From IMG/VR virus record IMGVR_UViG_3300045988_073563: a stretch of 64,000 bases of DNA, one strand, 5' to 3'. Below are positions 23,001 to 36,600 of the stretch, one piece after another (positions within the stretch are counted from its first letter, which is position 1; each line of letters begins with the position of its first letter). The stretch is from a virus. A model generated the notes under the pieces. That model was not told where the DNA came from and did no database searches. It saw only the letters and a list, made by a program, of their open reading frames with translations. Position numbers and translations under genes: made by a program.

Positions 23001-24234
23001 AGAAAGTAGTATTAATCTTGCACTACAATATGGTGAAACTACTAGTCGCAGCTGTGAAGGTATGGATGATTATACTAATCCATATTTAGGTACTACTATA
23101 GATGGAGGTACACTGGGTAATTATAATAAGCAAACCAAACCATATTATGCATATAATGATGCATATTCTGTTCAAGGAGATGCAAAGAAATATGTTACTG
23201 AATCTGCTTACGCAATAACTAATGCTAATAATATAAATAGAATTGTATATTCACAAGCTAAGATTAATAATGAAGTAACAGATAGTTGGTTACAGTTTAA
23301 GTTTGCAGATTACCTAGATGTAGATAATCAGTATGGTAAGATAACGAATCTTAAATCATTTAATGATAAACTATTCTTTTGGCAAGATAGCGCATTTGGA
23401 ATAGCATCTGTAAATGATAGATCTCTTATTACTGATAATAATATTAGTGAGCTTACTTTAGGTACTGGTGGTATATTAACAAGGTATGATTATATTACTA
23501 CTGGTAATGGATCATCTGTTATAAACGACAATAGTATAACTAATTCTGACTTTGCATTATATTGGCATGATAGAGATAAAAATGAGTTATGCCAATTCTC
23601 TGATACTATACATAAGTTGTCTAAAGAGAAAGGAGTATAGACTTATTTGAACGCAAATCCCAACTTTGTAGTTCATGACTCATTCTATGATAATGAATTC
23701 AACGAAGTTAGATTTTGTTTCAATACTAAGACACTAGTATATAATGAATATACCCAAAGTTTTACTTCATTCTATACTGAGAATCCTGCTGGTCACTTGA
23801 AATTTTCTGACAAGTTGTTATATATCAAAGACAATAAAGTGATGCAAACCGAAGATCGTGCGTTAAATGTAATGGAGTGTAAGATACAGTATATTATTAA
23901 TAAAGATATACTATATACTAAGACATTTGACAATGTATTCTTTAGTGGTTAGTTTAGAGACATAAAGAGAATGCTTACTGATGCTACATTTAGAACTACA
24001 GATCAAGTAGGTACTATTACTTAGGATTATGTAAATGGTGGTTATGCTATAGATCATAGAGAAAATACATATAGATTTGCTATAGGTAGAGAATAGAATA
24101 GTGATGATACGTTATCGTATCCGGGTAGATTAAGAGGTAAGTACTTAATATGTGATCTTACTTTGAATTGTGGAGAACAACACAACTTTACTCTCCCTAA
24201 TATTAATACAACATATAGATACTCATTAGTATAA
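20068..24234 (+). CDS. Large tail/structural protein (1388 codons)
   Basis: Track ORFs 20719, 21718, 22732 and 23647 are in one frame with ATG 20068. The gaps contain only TAG (10 in total), and the stop is TAA 24232-24234. The size and position before the cargo and RNAP genes match crAss-like tail-hub or muzzle-type proteins; this assignment is an inference. Confidence 0.6.
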
Positions 24235-25811
24235 TGAAAAAGAAGAATAAGATAAATAAATACCAAACGGGCGGGTATAATTTTAATAGTGACTATATAA
24301 AGTCAAGATACTAGAATATAACTAGCAATCCTTTGCAACCTATTAGTCCTGCAATGTCTGCTCAAGTTCCATAGAAATTATCTGGAAATCCTATACAAAC
24401 ACAACCGTATAATCCTAGTACAAGTCCTAATATAATGGGAGTAGCAGGTAATATGATAGGTGGAGCAGGTGATATGTTAACTCTAGTAGGAGGTAATTCT
24501 AATGCTACTACTGGAGGTGAGGCGGCTAAAGAATCTGTATAGAGTGTATTTAAGGGAGCAGCTACCGGAGCTAAAATGGGAGCAGCGTTAGGACCTGTTG
24601 GAGCCGTTGTTGGTGGAATAGGTGGAGCTGTAGTTGGTTCCATAGGTAAAAGTGGTAAAGTACAAGTAAACGGATTCTATGAAGATCCTACTCTTACATT
24701 AGGTACTGGATTTAAAGGAGCTGTATAGAACAAAGGTCTTAGAGAAAAGTACAGAAGAGAAAAAGAAAGAGTACTGGGTAATAGATTTGCATTACAGAAT
24801 AGTGCACTGTTAAATGCAGATTGGAATGAGACATACGATCAATCTGTAGATACGATGGCATACGGTGGTACTACTTCTAGTCTAGCTTATGTAGACGATG
24901 GTGAACTTATTAATACTCCAGATGGTAGTATATTAGAAGTACCAGAAGAAGGTAAACCTACAGATAGTAATTTAGTAAATATTCCGGAAGGCAGTAGAAT
25001 ATTAAGTGATACTTTGAAAGTGCCCGGAAGTAAAGAAACATTTGCACAAATGGGTAAAAGAATGATGTCTAAAAAGAAAAGCAAAGGCAAAGATAAATAT
25101 GCTGAGAATTCAGCCAAATTGAATTAGATGAATGACCAAATGATTCATGATCAATTATTTAATTTATAGGAATCTATGAAAGGTTCTAATAAACAGTCTA
25201 AAAATAAATTTAGAAATGGTGGTAAACTGGCATAGGGATTGACAGACTTAGCTGCTTTAACTCCAGTATTATCTAACCTAGGAACTACTGCTGAAAGTTT
25301 TGATACGGTATACAATCCATATTCTAGTCAAATACTTAGTACTATGGCTGGTAGAAAGTACGATATTACTCCAGTTAGAAGAGCTATCAGAGAGAATAGA
25401 GCTATATCAAATTACAATGCTTCTCAATCTAATACAAATACAGGAGCTAATATGGCTTATAGATTACAAAGTCAAGTAGCGGCAGATAAAGCTATAGCAG
25501 ATTTATATTCACAGAAGAGTAATATTGAGAATCAATATAAAGGAGAATACGCAAATACTCTCAATAACTTAGGACAGCAATTTGTATCTGCTCGTAACAT
25601 GTCTACTGATTTGAATGCTAGAAGTAGAGCAGCAGCTAGAAATATTAACAGAGAAGCTTTATCACAGATAAGTAATTATGCACAAAACAGAAGGTTAATG
25701 AATAATCAAAGATCTAGAGATATGGCTATGTTGGATGCATATGCTCCTTTCTTAGAGTCTGTATATACTACAGCAGATTATTCTAACTTAATGAACAAAT
25801 TTAGAAGATAA
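24234..25811 (+). CDS. Gly-rich internal virion/ejection-type protein (525 codons)
   Basis: ATG 24234 is in frame with ORFs 24855 and 25239 and ends at TAA 25809-25811. It contains a GAATGAKMGAALGPVGAVVGGIGGAVVGSIG segment. Confidence 0.5.
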
Positions 25812-25812
25812 T

Positions 25813-27600
25813 ATGGCAGCAAATATGTACGATCAAGCCGCATAGGCTTAGTTTATTAATACTTATGCTCCAATTAATTTTGGAGAATTGTTTAGAATTG
25901 GTGCAGCGCAGAAAGAAGAAATGGATAGAGCTGCTCAACAATTTGGAGCATAGTTACAGAAATTTGGAGAATTTAGATCACCATCTGCAGTAGATACTCA
26001 AAGTTATTATAATCTTACTACTGGTAGACAGGATATACAGGATGCTATAAATCAAATGGTATCTAACCCAGATGCTTTGAAAGATGCTTCTTTTAGGTCT
26101 AGTTTACAATCATTAATAAATAATATAGATTATTCTTCATTAAGTTTGCTTAAAGAAAGTGCAGATAACCTAAGACTTGGATTACAAACAAGATCTAAAA
26201 TGATGGCTGAAGGAAGGTATAATAAAGAATGGGATGATTCTGACATACCTAACTATAATACATTAGATAAAAGAAGAGTGTTTGATGATATTACTCCTGT
26301 AGCATTTATGAATGCAAATGAGTTGAGTACTCCATACTTTAATGATTTAAAACGAGGATTCTTAGGTACTAAATACATTAATGGAACTAGATATATAGTT
26401 AGTGGTAATAACATGGATGACTTGTATTAGGTTGCATCAGCTAAGTTTAATGACCTTATAGACACTCCTCAGGGTAGAAAATATTATGAAAGTTTTATTA
26501 GAAGAAATGGAGGAGATGTAGAAGCGGCTAAAAGTCAATTTGTTGATATGATAGCATAGTCACAAATTGATAGAACTATTAGACCAGACTATGAAGTAGA
26601 TCCGTCATACATACAAGAGTTGAAAAATGCAGGAAGAGGCGGTTCGGGTAGTACAGTTCCTCAAGGTTTACCAGATTTAACCACCATAGTAGAATCTACT
26701 ACCAATAGAAATATGCTAGCTAAATTTGGAGGATTGTCGGCAGAAGAAAGAGAATAGATTAGAAATGGTAGTATAACTCCAGATGTAATAGAAAAAGCAA
26801 TGCAGAATATGACTGTCAATGTTGATAAAATATTTAATTCTGCAAAAGGTATGCCAAGACAGAAATCCAAAACAGTATTAGATAATATACAGAGTCCTTT
26901 ATCTCCAAATGCTGGTGAAATATTCTTGTCAGAAGGAGGGGAAGGCACTATGAATAAGGGATTTAAAGTATCCAATGAAACAGGTAATATGGTGCTCGGG
27001 GATGATTTTGTTACTGGAATAATTGGGTATGATATGGGTGCTCCACAGTATATTAAACAAGCACTACTCGATCCGGCTGCAAAGAAAGGAAGTAAAAGTG
27101 CAAATACATTTGAAAAATCTCTAATTAACAATGTAAGATTTCAAGAAGCTTGGTATAGTAATAAGTTTAGAGATGTTATTATAAAAGATGCAGGAAGTAC
27201 TGTAGGAGATATAGCTGATATTTATCATAGAAGAAAAGTTTATGTATCTATGAAAGATCTACGCAATATTGGAATGAATATAGAAAATGTAGCATCAATT
27301 GGTAAAGTAGTACCATTCGGAGATATATCTGATTAGGAAGAAATTACAATTAAACAAGAATATGATCCAGAAACTGGTGAAGTGTTAAGCGGTACTACAG
27401 AAAAAGGTTTGAAAAGAAAAAAAATAGACAAATCTGACTTATACGTTGAAGTTGAAGGTCTATATCCTATAGAGACTGGCAGTAGTGAAGCTACAGTTAG
27501 TAGAAATGCGATATATGAAGATAAAGTAAGAAAATTAGGTTCTAAAGAAAGATACCAACAGGCTGTAGAGTCTGCATATAAATACCTTGGTTACAATTGA
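25813..27600 (+). CDS. Virion/cargo protein (595 codons)
   Basis: ATG 25813 is in frame with ORFs 26056, 26800 and 27382 and ends at TGA 27598-27600. Confidence 0.5.
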
Positions 27601-27601
27601 T

Positions 27602-30600
27602 ATGGAAGATAACAGATTAAGATTAGGAGCTCGTAAATTAACTAGTTCTACATTTAATGTAAGAGACAGTGTAACTACTAATGATGGAGCGTCAGATAGA
27701 AAGTAGAAAGCTGCAGAATATAACCAGTATGTTCAAGAAAAGGGGTATACCGATCTTTACAATAAAGATGCAGTTAAATATCAGTATCAGCAGCAAGAAG
27801 AAACTAAAGATAAGGATACTTCTTGGTGGAATAAGGGCGCAAGATTTATGAGTATTGCTGCCAATCCTGTGTTAGGTTCATTGGCTAATAATATACAAGA
27901 TTTGTATAGAACCCCGTTAATACAATCTACTATAGAAAAAGCTGTAGAAACCAATATAAGTTCTCTGAAAGGTAATATAATAAAAAACGAAGTAAAGAAT
28001 CTAAATGATTTTGCCTTTGTTAAAGATTATGAAACCAGAAGACAACAAGCTTATGAATTAGCTAAGTAGGGAGATGAGGAAGGAGCTCAAAAAATATGGG
28101 ACACACTATCATAGGATTTCGCTAAATTTGATTAGATAACTAAATCAAATAAAGATCTTATATCTATGTACTACAAAGTTCCTAAAGTTGGAGGAGCTAC
28201 GTATAGTGAAAAAAAATATCGCGGTATCAACTTATTAGGTGAATTAACAGATAGATCCTTAGCTCTTACCAATAGTAATATTAGATTGGCTGAAAAAGCG
28301 GAAGCTCCAAAAGACGTAACTTCAGTTAATGTAAGCAATATTCCTTTATGGAATAGATTTACTATAGCTTTAGACAATATTTTATCTTTTAATAATAGTG
28401 CAGAAGAAATAAGCGAATATGTTAATAAAGGATATGGTGATGCTGTGAATTTTGTTAGAAATGAAGAAGTATCTAATAATCCAGATAGAAGTGGCATAAT
28501 AGCTAAACTTAATCAGTTAGAAGAAGATAATAATACCAGTCATAATGTAAAAACTCAAAAACTTAGAGATAAACAAGAAACCTTACGTAATGGTAGTTGG
28601 TTCTTTGATCCTGATGCTATTGACCCAGTATTTAGAGAAAAAGTAAATAATAACGAGTTTCAATGGACTGAACCAAGATCTTACTTATATGCTCTTCCAC
28701 AAATAGGATCATCAATGGGAGAGTTTGCTACTACTATAGAAACTGCTACTCTTGGTAGATTAGCTGGATTAACAGCTAAAGCATTAGGTAAAAGAGGTAT
28801 TCCATATGCTTCAGCTGCAGTTACTTTGACTGAAGCTGCTATCAATGCTGGGAATCAGTACTATCAAAGAACATAGGAAACAAATGCTGAAATCTTTGAC
28901 TCATATCTATCTAACTTGGTTGGTTAGATGGAAAAAGGAGATATTAATCCAGAAACCATATTAACCAAAGGAGCTTAGGGGTTAGAAGCTAGGGGAATAA
29001 ATGTACAAGAATTAACTGTTCCACAGATATTAGAGGAAATGTTAGTGTACAATATCAATACAGATGACCCTAGTTTTGAGAAAGCCAAGTATGATGCTTA
29101 CTTAGGATTGCGTGATGTAGAACAATCTAATATGGCGTTAGGTCTATGGGATTTAATGGATATGGGCTTGTATTCTTATGGAGGCAAACTGGCAATAAAG
29201 TCTGCAAAAGAAGGTTTTAAAGACGTAGCTAAAGGAATTTCTAAAGCAACTGGAGTAACAAAAGCCTTAAACTTAGGAGGTAAGTTTATAGATAATAGAA
29301 TAAATAAAGCTCTTTATACCATAGCTGGAAAAGATGTTTTCAAAGCTAATAAGTATAAAGACTTATTTAATACTATGGGCAAAATGAGCGGTAAACTAGG
29401 TATAACAGCTTTTTCAGAAGGAACTGAAGAAGGTCAGCAGTATCTTATACAAAAAGATTATCAGTTATAGAATTCATATAATAGCGGAGAATTAACTTTA
29501 ATAGATGCTTTTTTAAAGAATTTTAAATACGGTGCTGAAGCCAACTTAGCTCTTATGGGGTTACATCCAGACGATGCTTTAAATAATGATAAAGAACTTG
29601 AGCAGAACATGAAAATTGGAGCTTTAATAGGCTTAGTAATGGGAGGTCCTGCTACAGCTATTTCTGACGGATACCAAATGATACGTAATGTGAAGTCAAA
29701 TAACATGCTTCGCAATATGGCTGCATATGATATATCTAACAGAGAAAACGATGTTAAGGTAGATAGATGGTTTGATGCAGTAAAGAAAGGGTATACAGAT
29801 GATATATTGAATAATCTAGTAGATATAAAAGATAGATTTACTCCGGAAGGTCTTACACAAGAAGATATAGATGAAGATATAGTTAAAGCAAAAACTATAG
29901 AATCTATTTATTATAATCCATCCGTTAATACTAATCTAGAAGATTTAAATATAAATAGAGGATCTGATAAACATAAAATTTTCGTTAAAAATGCGATTAA
30001 AGCATATGATAATGAGAGAATATACAATGAAAAAACAAAAGAGGCAGACGCTAATTTGTAGAATTTACTAAAGATTAATGATGAAGAAAATGCAACTGCA
30101 TTTAATTCTAATGTAGATGAATACTGGAATGGGTTAACAGAAGAGCAAAAGTTATCTTGGAACAATAGTAAAGACGAACTGGTAGCAGCTATAAAGAAGG
30201 TTAGAAACCTGACTGCCACTTAGACTGTATATAGTAGGTTGAGAAGGTAGTTAAAGGATATGGACAAATTTGTTAGTGAAGCTAAAAAGAATGGTTTAGA
30301 TGTAACTAATGAGAATATAGCAGCTATAGCTTCTTACATAAATAAAATTTCTAAATCTTTAGAAAAAGAGGTAAAGAATATTCCTAATGCCAAAGCTATG
30401 GTAGATATATTTGGTTTATCTACCAATAAAGAAATAGATCAAGCTATTGCAGATAAGGCTATACTTACTGGTTTGTTACATAAAGCTGTTAATAGAAGAT
30501 CTGCATATTAGAATGGTATTGTGGTAAAAGATAATCAGAACAGGCAGATAGATTTTAATATCAGAAATTGGAATCAACTTACTCCAGAAGAGCAACAAAC

Positions 30601-33600
30601 TATAATAGATAAGTAGACTAGTGAAGCAGAGCAGAATGGGAAAGATGCTCCATCGTTAGCTAGTATTATAGCTAGATATAATTAGAACGTACAACTGCAG
30701 ATAAAAATTCAGGGTGAAACTGTAAGAGCTGCTAGGGATTATGCTAATGAGATAATTAAAGCAGATATGGACAGATATGAACAAAATGATAGGTCATATA
30801 CTGAACAAGATGTAGCTTTAAATGCAGAAGTAGAGAATGCCCTTAACTAGGATACTGAACAAGATACATCAGAAGTTGATTTTACTCCTACTGGTAATGC
30901 TGACAGTTCTTCTCCTTTACAAGGCACAGATATTAGTGTAAAGACAAAAGAGAAGAGAAAAGACAAAGACATCTATACTCAAACAGATGAAGATAAATTA
31001 ACTAAAGCTAAAGAAGAAGTAGATACAGAAGAATTAGATGTAACTGATTTAGTTTCAACTGAGGATGCTCCAGACATTAGTGATGAACAGGAATCTATTA
31101 GGGAAAGAGCAATCAGGGAAGTAGAAAATCCATCTGAAAAAAAACCCAAAGACGATACTCAAGATAAAATTACAGAAGAAAATATAATGGATGCCAAGAA
31201 CTGGGCAGATCCTGAAGATGATTTAGGTCTAACCAGAGATGATAATCCTGATATTGAAAGAGATCTTACTTAGATTGAAGATCTTACTCCAAAGGAATTA
31301 GACGCCAAAATACAAGAAGCAGAATCTACAGATAGTCGTAGTGACAATCCGTAGGCTGGAGATTTCTTTGTTTCTAATGATGGTAAAATGTTTCTTAACG
31401 GGGTGGAGATTACAGATGAACAATTAGCCAAAGAAAATTCGTACGATGAGTATGCAAATGATCCAGAACACACATTATCTGAAAAAGCTAATAAACTAGC
31501 AAAAGAAGGTGAAAAAGTTCCCGGGTTATCTACATCTGAAACTATACGAAATAATTGGTTAGTTGGTAGAACTTTATTCTATAGACCTGACGCTACACAA
31601 CCTATGTAGCTTCCATTTAAAGTAAAAGGAGCTAAAAAAATACACAGTGGCAAAGAACTTGGAGAGGCTATGGGTAAACCGGGATTCTTAGATGGTGCTA
31701 AATTGTATTTAGTGCCCGGTCCTACGTTCGATAAATCAGAAACATAGTTTGATCCTAATGATCCTAGAACCTATGAGAATGCAGCTGTATATGTTATAAT
31801 TGACAAAGACGGAGATATATACGCTGCAGCATATAGAAGTCAGAAAAAGGCTACTTTAGATTATCAACGTAGATTGGGGGCTGAAAACATTGGTCCCGGT
31901 ACTAAAGCTAATGAAGATCTTGAAGTACTAAGGGAACAGAAACAAAAAGTAGTTAGAGCCTATCTGCAGCAATGTCCAAAAGATAAGAACGGAAAATATG
32001 TATTACCAGATGAAGCCCTAACCCATGTAGTGCCTACTCAAGTAAATGTATCTAATGGGGTGTTTAATAATCAGAAAGACGGTAACAAGCCTAAATTGAG
32101 GAAACTGTCAGAATGTAAGACATTTGAGATTCCTCATAATCCATTAGACATATTCACAGAATGTACATTTGGATATGGAACCGGTGGAATGAGTGATGCA
32201 AACCCATACTTTATTAAACATATGGGTAATGATGAAGCACTATATACTAGTGGTGGTTTCTCTGGTAAAATAGTAATAGTACCTAAACCATCTGCCACTC
32301 CTAGAGGTAGATATTCTTTGCCTATATATTTGAGTGAAAAGTTCTTTAGAGATGATAAAGTAACTAAACCATCGCAGATAGTATTAAAGAGTCATGATGA
32401 AAATGGAAACCCAGCATCAGATAGACACTATACTAATTTTATGGAATATGTTTTAGATCTTATTACAGACGGAGACCCATATGGAGTACTGCCATTGATA
32501 GTAAATCAAGGAGCTAAAACTAGATTATCTTCAAAGAAACAAGAAGCTGCTCAATATCTTGCAAAGAAACAATTAGGATTTGATCCAGATACTAACAGAT
32601 TCTATATAGCATTACCAAATAGTCAAAGAGGTGGTTTGTATTTTAGAACAGAAATACCATTAGAACAAATAAAGACAGAGCCTAATGTCAGAAAGATGGT
32701 CATATGGTTTATGATGCAAAACTTCCACTGGAACACTGATAAAAATGTATTAACCAGTTCGCTTCCAGAACAGCTTAGAGATTTGGCTATACGTTTGAAT
32801 CCAAAAAATGATAAGATAGTACTATTCCCCGGAGAACTGGAATTTACGTTACAACAACTAGGTATTTCTAGAGTGGATGGTAAACTTGTAAAAGATAAAG
32901 TTGCCCCTCCTGCTATGGCTTGGACTATTGACAGTGGCAAGTTACTTACAGATATGGGTGATTATGCATTTAAAGATGGGTTTATATACATAGAAGATAT
33001 AACTACAGATCAAACTGAAACTGCTGTAAGTGCGTCTACGTATCCTATAAGTAAAAAATCCTCTAAACAAGAGGAAACAAAAGAGATCAAAGAAAAAGGT
33101 ACTAAGTTTTTTGGAAAGAAACAACTTAGAGACGTATTGTAGAAGTATAGACAACAAGTAGATAGCACTTAGGTTGAAGATTGGGGTATAGAGCAAATAG
33201 CAGAATTTGAAGAATATCTTGGTAAACATATCAGTACAAACAGAATGGAGGAGAACGGTAATACCATTACCAAATCTACATTTGAAAGAGGAAGTATCGT
33301 ACATGTTACTAACAAGTAGTCAGATTATATAACCCAATTCTTTGATAATTCAGATAATCCTATAGGAGAACCGATGGTAAATCTATCTATGAACTCTAAG
33401 TTGGCAATGGACTTATTAAAGAAAGATAGTAATGGATTTTTAAGTTTATCTGATGAATCTATCCGTAAGATATTCACATATAATGCTACTGAAGAAACAG
33501 GAACTAGAGAAACAGAAGTAAAGCCTGTTGCTAAGGTTAATAGAAGAGCTAAAGCTCAAGAATTAGCTAGAACTATAAAACCATCAGATGCAAATGCTCC

Positions 33601-36600
33601 TAAAGTAGGAAGATTTATGACTTCTGATGAGATAAAAGAATATGCAGATGGCTTGAATCAAAAAGTAGCTACTGACAGTTTCGTATATCTGTATGATTAG
33701 GATGGTAAACCTCAAATGTTTATCAGAAGTATGATGGAAAAGCTTTTCCACGAGGTTGGAAGAGAAGTGAACGGATTATATTCTATAGAAAGTAACGAAA
33801 TAGGGCGTGAAGAACAAGATCTTAAAGCTGCTAAGCAATGGTTGATGGATAAACTTGGTCTTGCTGTAGATCAGGTTAGAATATTCAATGGAGTAATGAG
33901 ATCTGCTTCCAATGGTCCTAGAGTGTATGGTGTTACAAGAATGTCTGTTGGTAATGTAGCTAATATATTATTAGGTAAAGGAGCAGGTTTGGGTATATAG
34001 TATCATGAGGCTTGGCATTATATAAATATGCTTGTACATTCTGCTGCTGAAAGATAGATAATATATGAAGATTTCATTAAACATAATCCAGAGTATAAAA
34101 ATAGAACAGTAAATGAGATAGAAGAAGCTATGGCTGAGGATTTCCGTAATTGGGCTATAGTAGAGAATGCTAAATGGTTTCAATTAGGTTATCAAACAAT
34201 AAAAGCTTTTAGAGCTATAAAAGGATTCGTAAAATCATTATTTGGTATATCTAATAATTTGACTACTAATATATATAGAAATATCAATAAAGGTAAGTAC
34301 AAAGAATATTAGATGAATCAATCTTCTGTTGATGAATTTAATAAAGCTTATACAAAAAAAGGAGTGTATTTCTCAATACCGGGAGTAGATCAAGATAGGT
34401 TAAAAGATATGCCCTCTATTATTAATCCGGATGTATTCTATAATGTAGTAGATTCTCTTACCAGTACTTTATTATCTATATTCAACATACGTAAGGCACA
34501 AGATATAGATAATTTAAGCTAGAATTTAGATTATTTACCTTCTATAATTGAAAGTAATATGATGGCAGGTATAACTCCAGAAGAGAATGATCAGCTTATA
34601 GAAGAAGTATTAGATAATTGGGACATATTCAAACAGTCTTTGGTAGAACAATTGAGTTCTCTTAACATAAAAGCTGTAGAAGTTGAAGAAAAATCTGATT
34701 ATGATACTGGAGAAAAGAGACCTGATGAGAAATATGATAGGGTATCTTATGAATTTTCTAAGAAACTTAACATGTCCTTCAATGCTAAACTATTCTTCTA
34801 TTCTATACCTAAAATGGAATATGATAAATCTAGAAAACTAGTACCAGTAACTGATCCTATTTTTGGTCTTAATATGACAGAATCTTTTGATGTTACTTGG
34901 AATAAGATCATGGAGAATTTGTGGGACATTGAAAGATGGGAGGATTTAGAAAGCAGATGTGCTAGATTAGGCAAAGCTGACCCGTTCTTCATATCATTAC
35001 TTAATTATATAAGTGGTGCTAATAAACCTGACGAGAATACATGTACTCAAATTCTCACTACCATTAAGAGTGCAAAAAATGAAATGACTACTGTACAGTT
35101 CTAGGATGCATTTTAGAAAGTAAAAACTAGTGCTGGACTAGAAGAATTTGTAAAAGATATTAAGACTACAGTTAGAGCTAAGTCTGGAGAATGGAGAGTA
35201 ATTGATTCAGCAGTATTCAGATATCAGAATAAGTATCCTAGGCAATGGGGTAGATTATTTTATGTATCTGGAATGATAGATAAAAGCGATGTAAACAATT
35301 TTGTAATAGACTCTGAAAAGTTAAACAACTTAGAGATAAGATTAGAAATAATAGCTGACGAATTGTCTGAAATAGCTCAACCTTTCATAAATAAAAAAAT
35401 GAAAGGGTCTAATAAATTATCAGAAGATCAGATAAGACAAACTACAGTAAAAGCAAAATAGGATTTTGTAGAGATACTTAATAGTATTGGTATTGATGTA
35501 GATACTAAAACTATAGATTATCTGTTATATGGTACTGAAAGTTTAGATAAAAAACTACCTACAATAGAATCATTTGATAAATTATATACCATATTGAGAT
35601 CTACTAAGAAAGGAAGTGCTAGAAACCAAATAATAGGTAATCTAAATAAGTTACAAGAAGGAGAATCTAAAGATTTGAAATTAGACAATCCTTTTCCAGC
35701 TGCAGAAGGTAGTTTCATACAAAAATTAGCTATAGCACACGGTAAATCTCATCCTAATCCTACTGAATTTAGTGTAACTGGACCTAATAACACTACTATT
35801 TATCCTATTACTCAAAATAACTATATGTCAGACAGAGTTAGATGGTTTAATCAAGATGCTTCTGAAGTTGATAAAACACTACTAGCCACTTATAATAAAC
35901 ACTCTTTATTATTAGGGGCACTGAAATAGGGTTCTAAATTAAGCCTCAGTACTCTTATTGCTGTGCGTAATGCTGATAATAGAGACAGTAGAGACTATTT
36001 CTAGATATCACCTACTGAGGACTACATTGCTAAACTTACATTAGCTCATCAGAATAGAATCGTTATGCCAACTATGGCAGATAAAAAAACATGGTATTCT
36101 ATAACTGGAGTTAATCTATTTCATGATTTATTAAGCAGATCTAGAATGACAGAAATACAAACAGAGAATGGTATTCAACAAATGTTTGTAGAAGATGATA
36201 TGTATAGGTATTCTGATAATACTCTACAAGCCATATCGGATTATCTGCTAGATGAATTCAATGCTGTATACGATTACTATATACACAAATCTGAAGTAGA
36301 AGAAAACCCTAATTTACGTATTGATAATTATCATGGTAAAATAAAGAATGGGGTTATGGACAACTCTGGTAATGGTGGTTATTTTAGGTATTTCTCTTCA
36401 CTTAAGATGAGACAACAAGATGGTACATATAAATATGTTCCTTTAAATCAGATGTTGTGGGCTTGGTCTAAATTTGATTATGATAATGGTGGTAATTAGA
36501 TGGAGACAAGATTAAAACAACTCCGAAATACTTTATTTGGAGACAAAGAAGCTCTATTTGATGCGATAAATGCAACATTATAGGATAAAGTCCAAGAGGA

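Noticed and set aside
4354-27600. TGA or TAA recoding in addition to TAG
   Set aside because: TGA and TAA consistently coincide with gene ends followed by, or overlapping, new ATG starts. Examples are 4354-4356, 17982-17984, 18428-18430, 19161-19163, 20069-20071 and 27598-27600.
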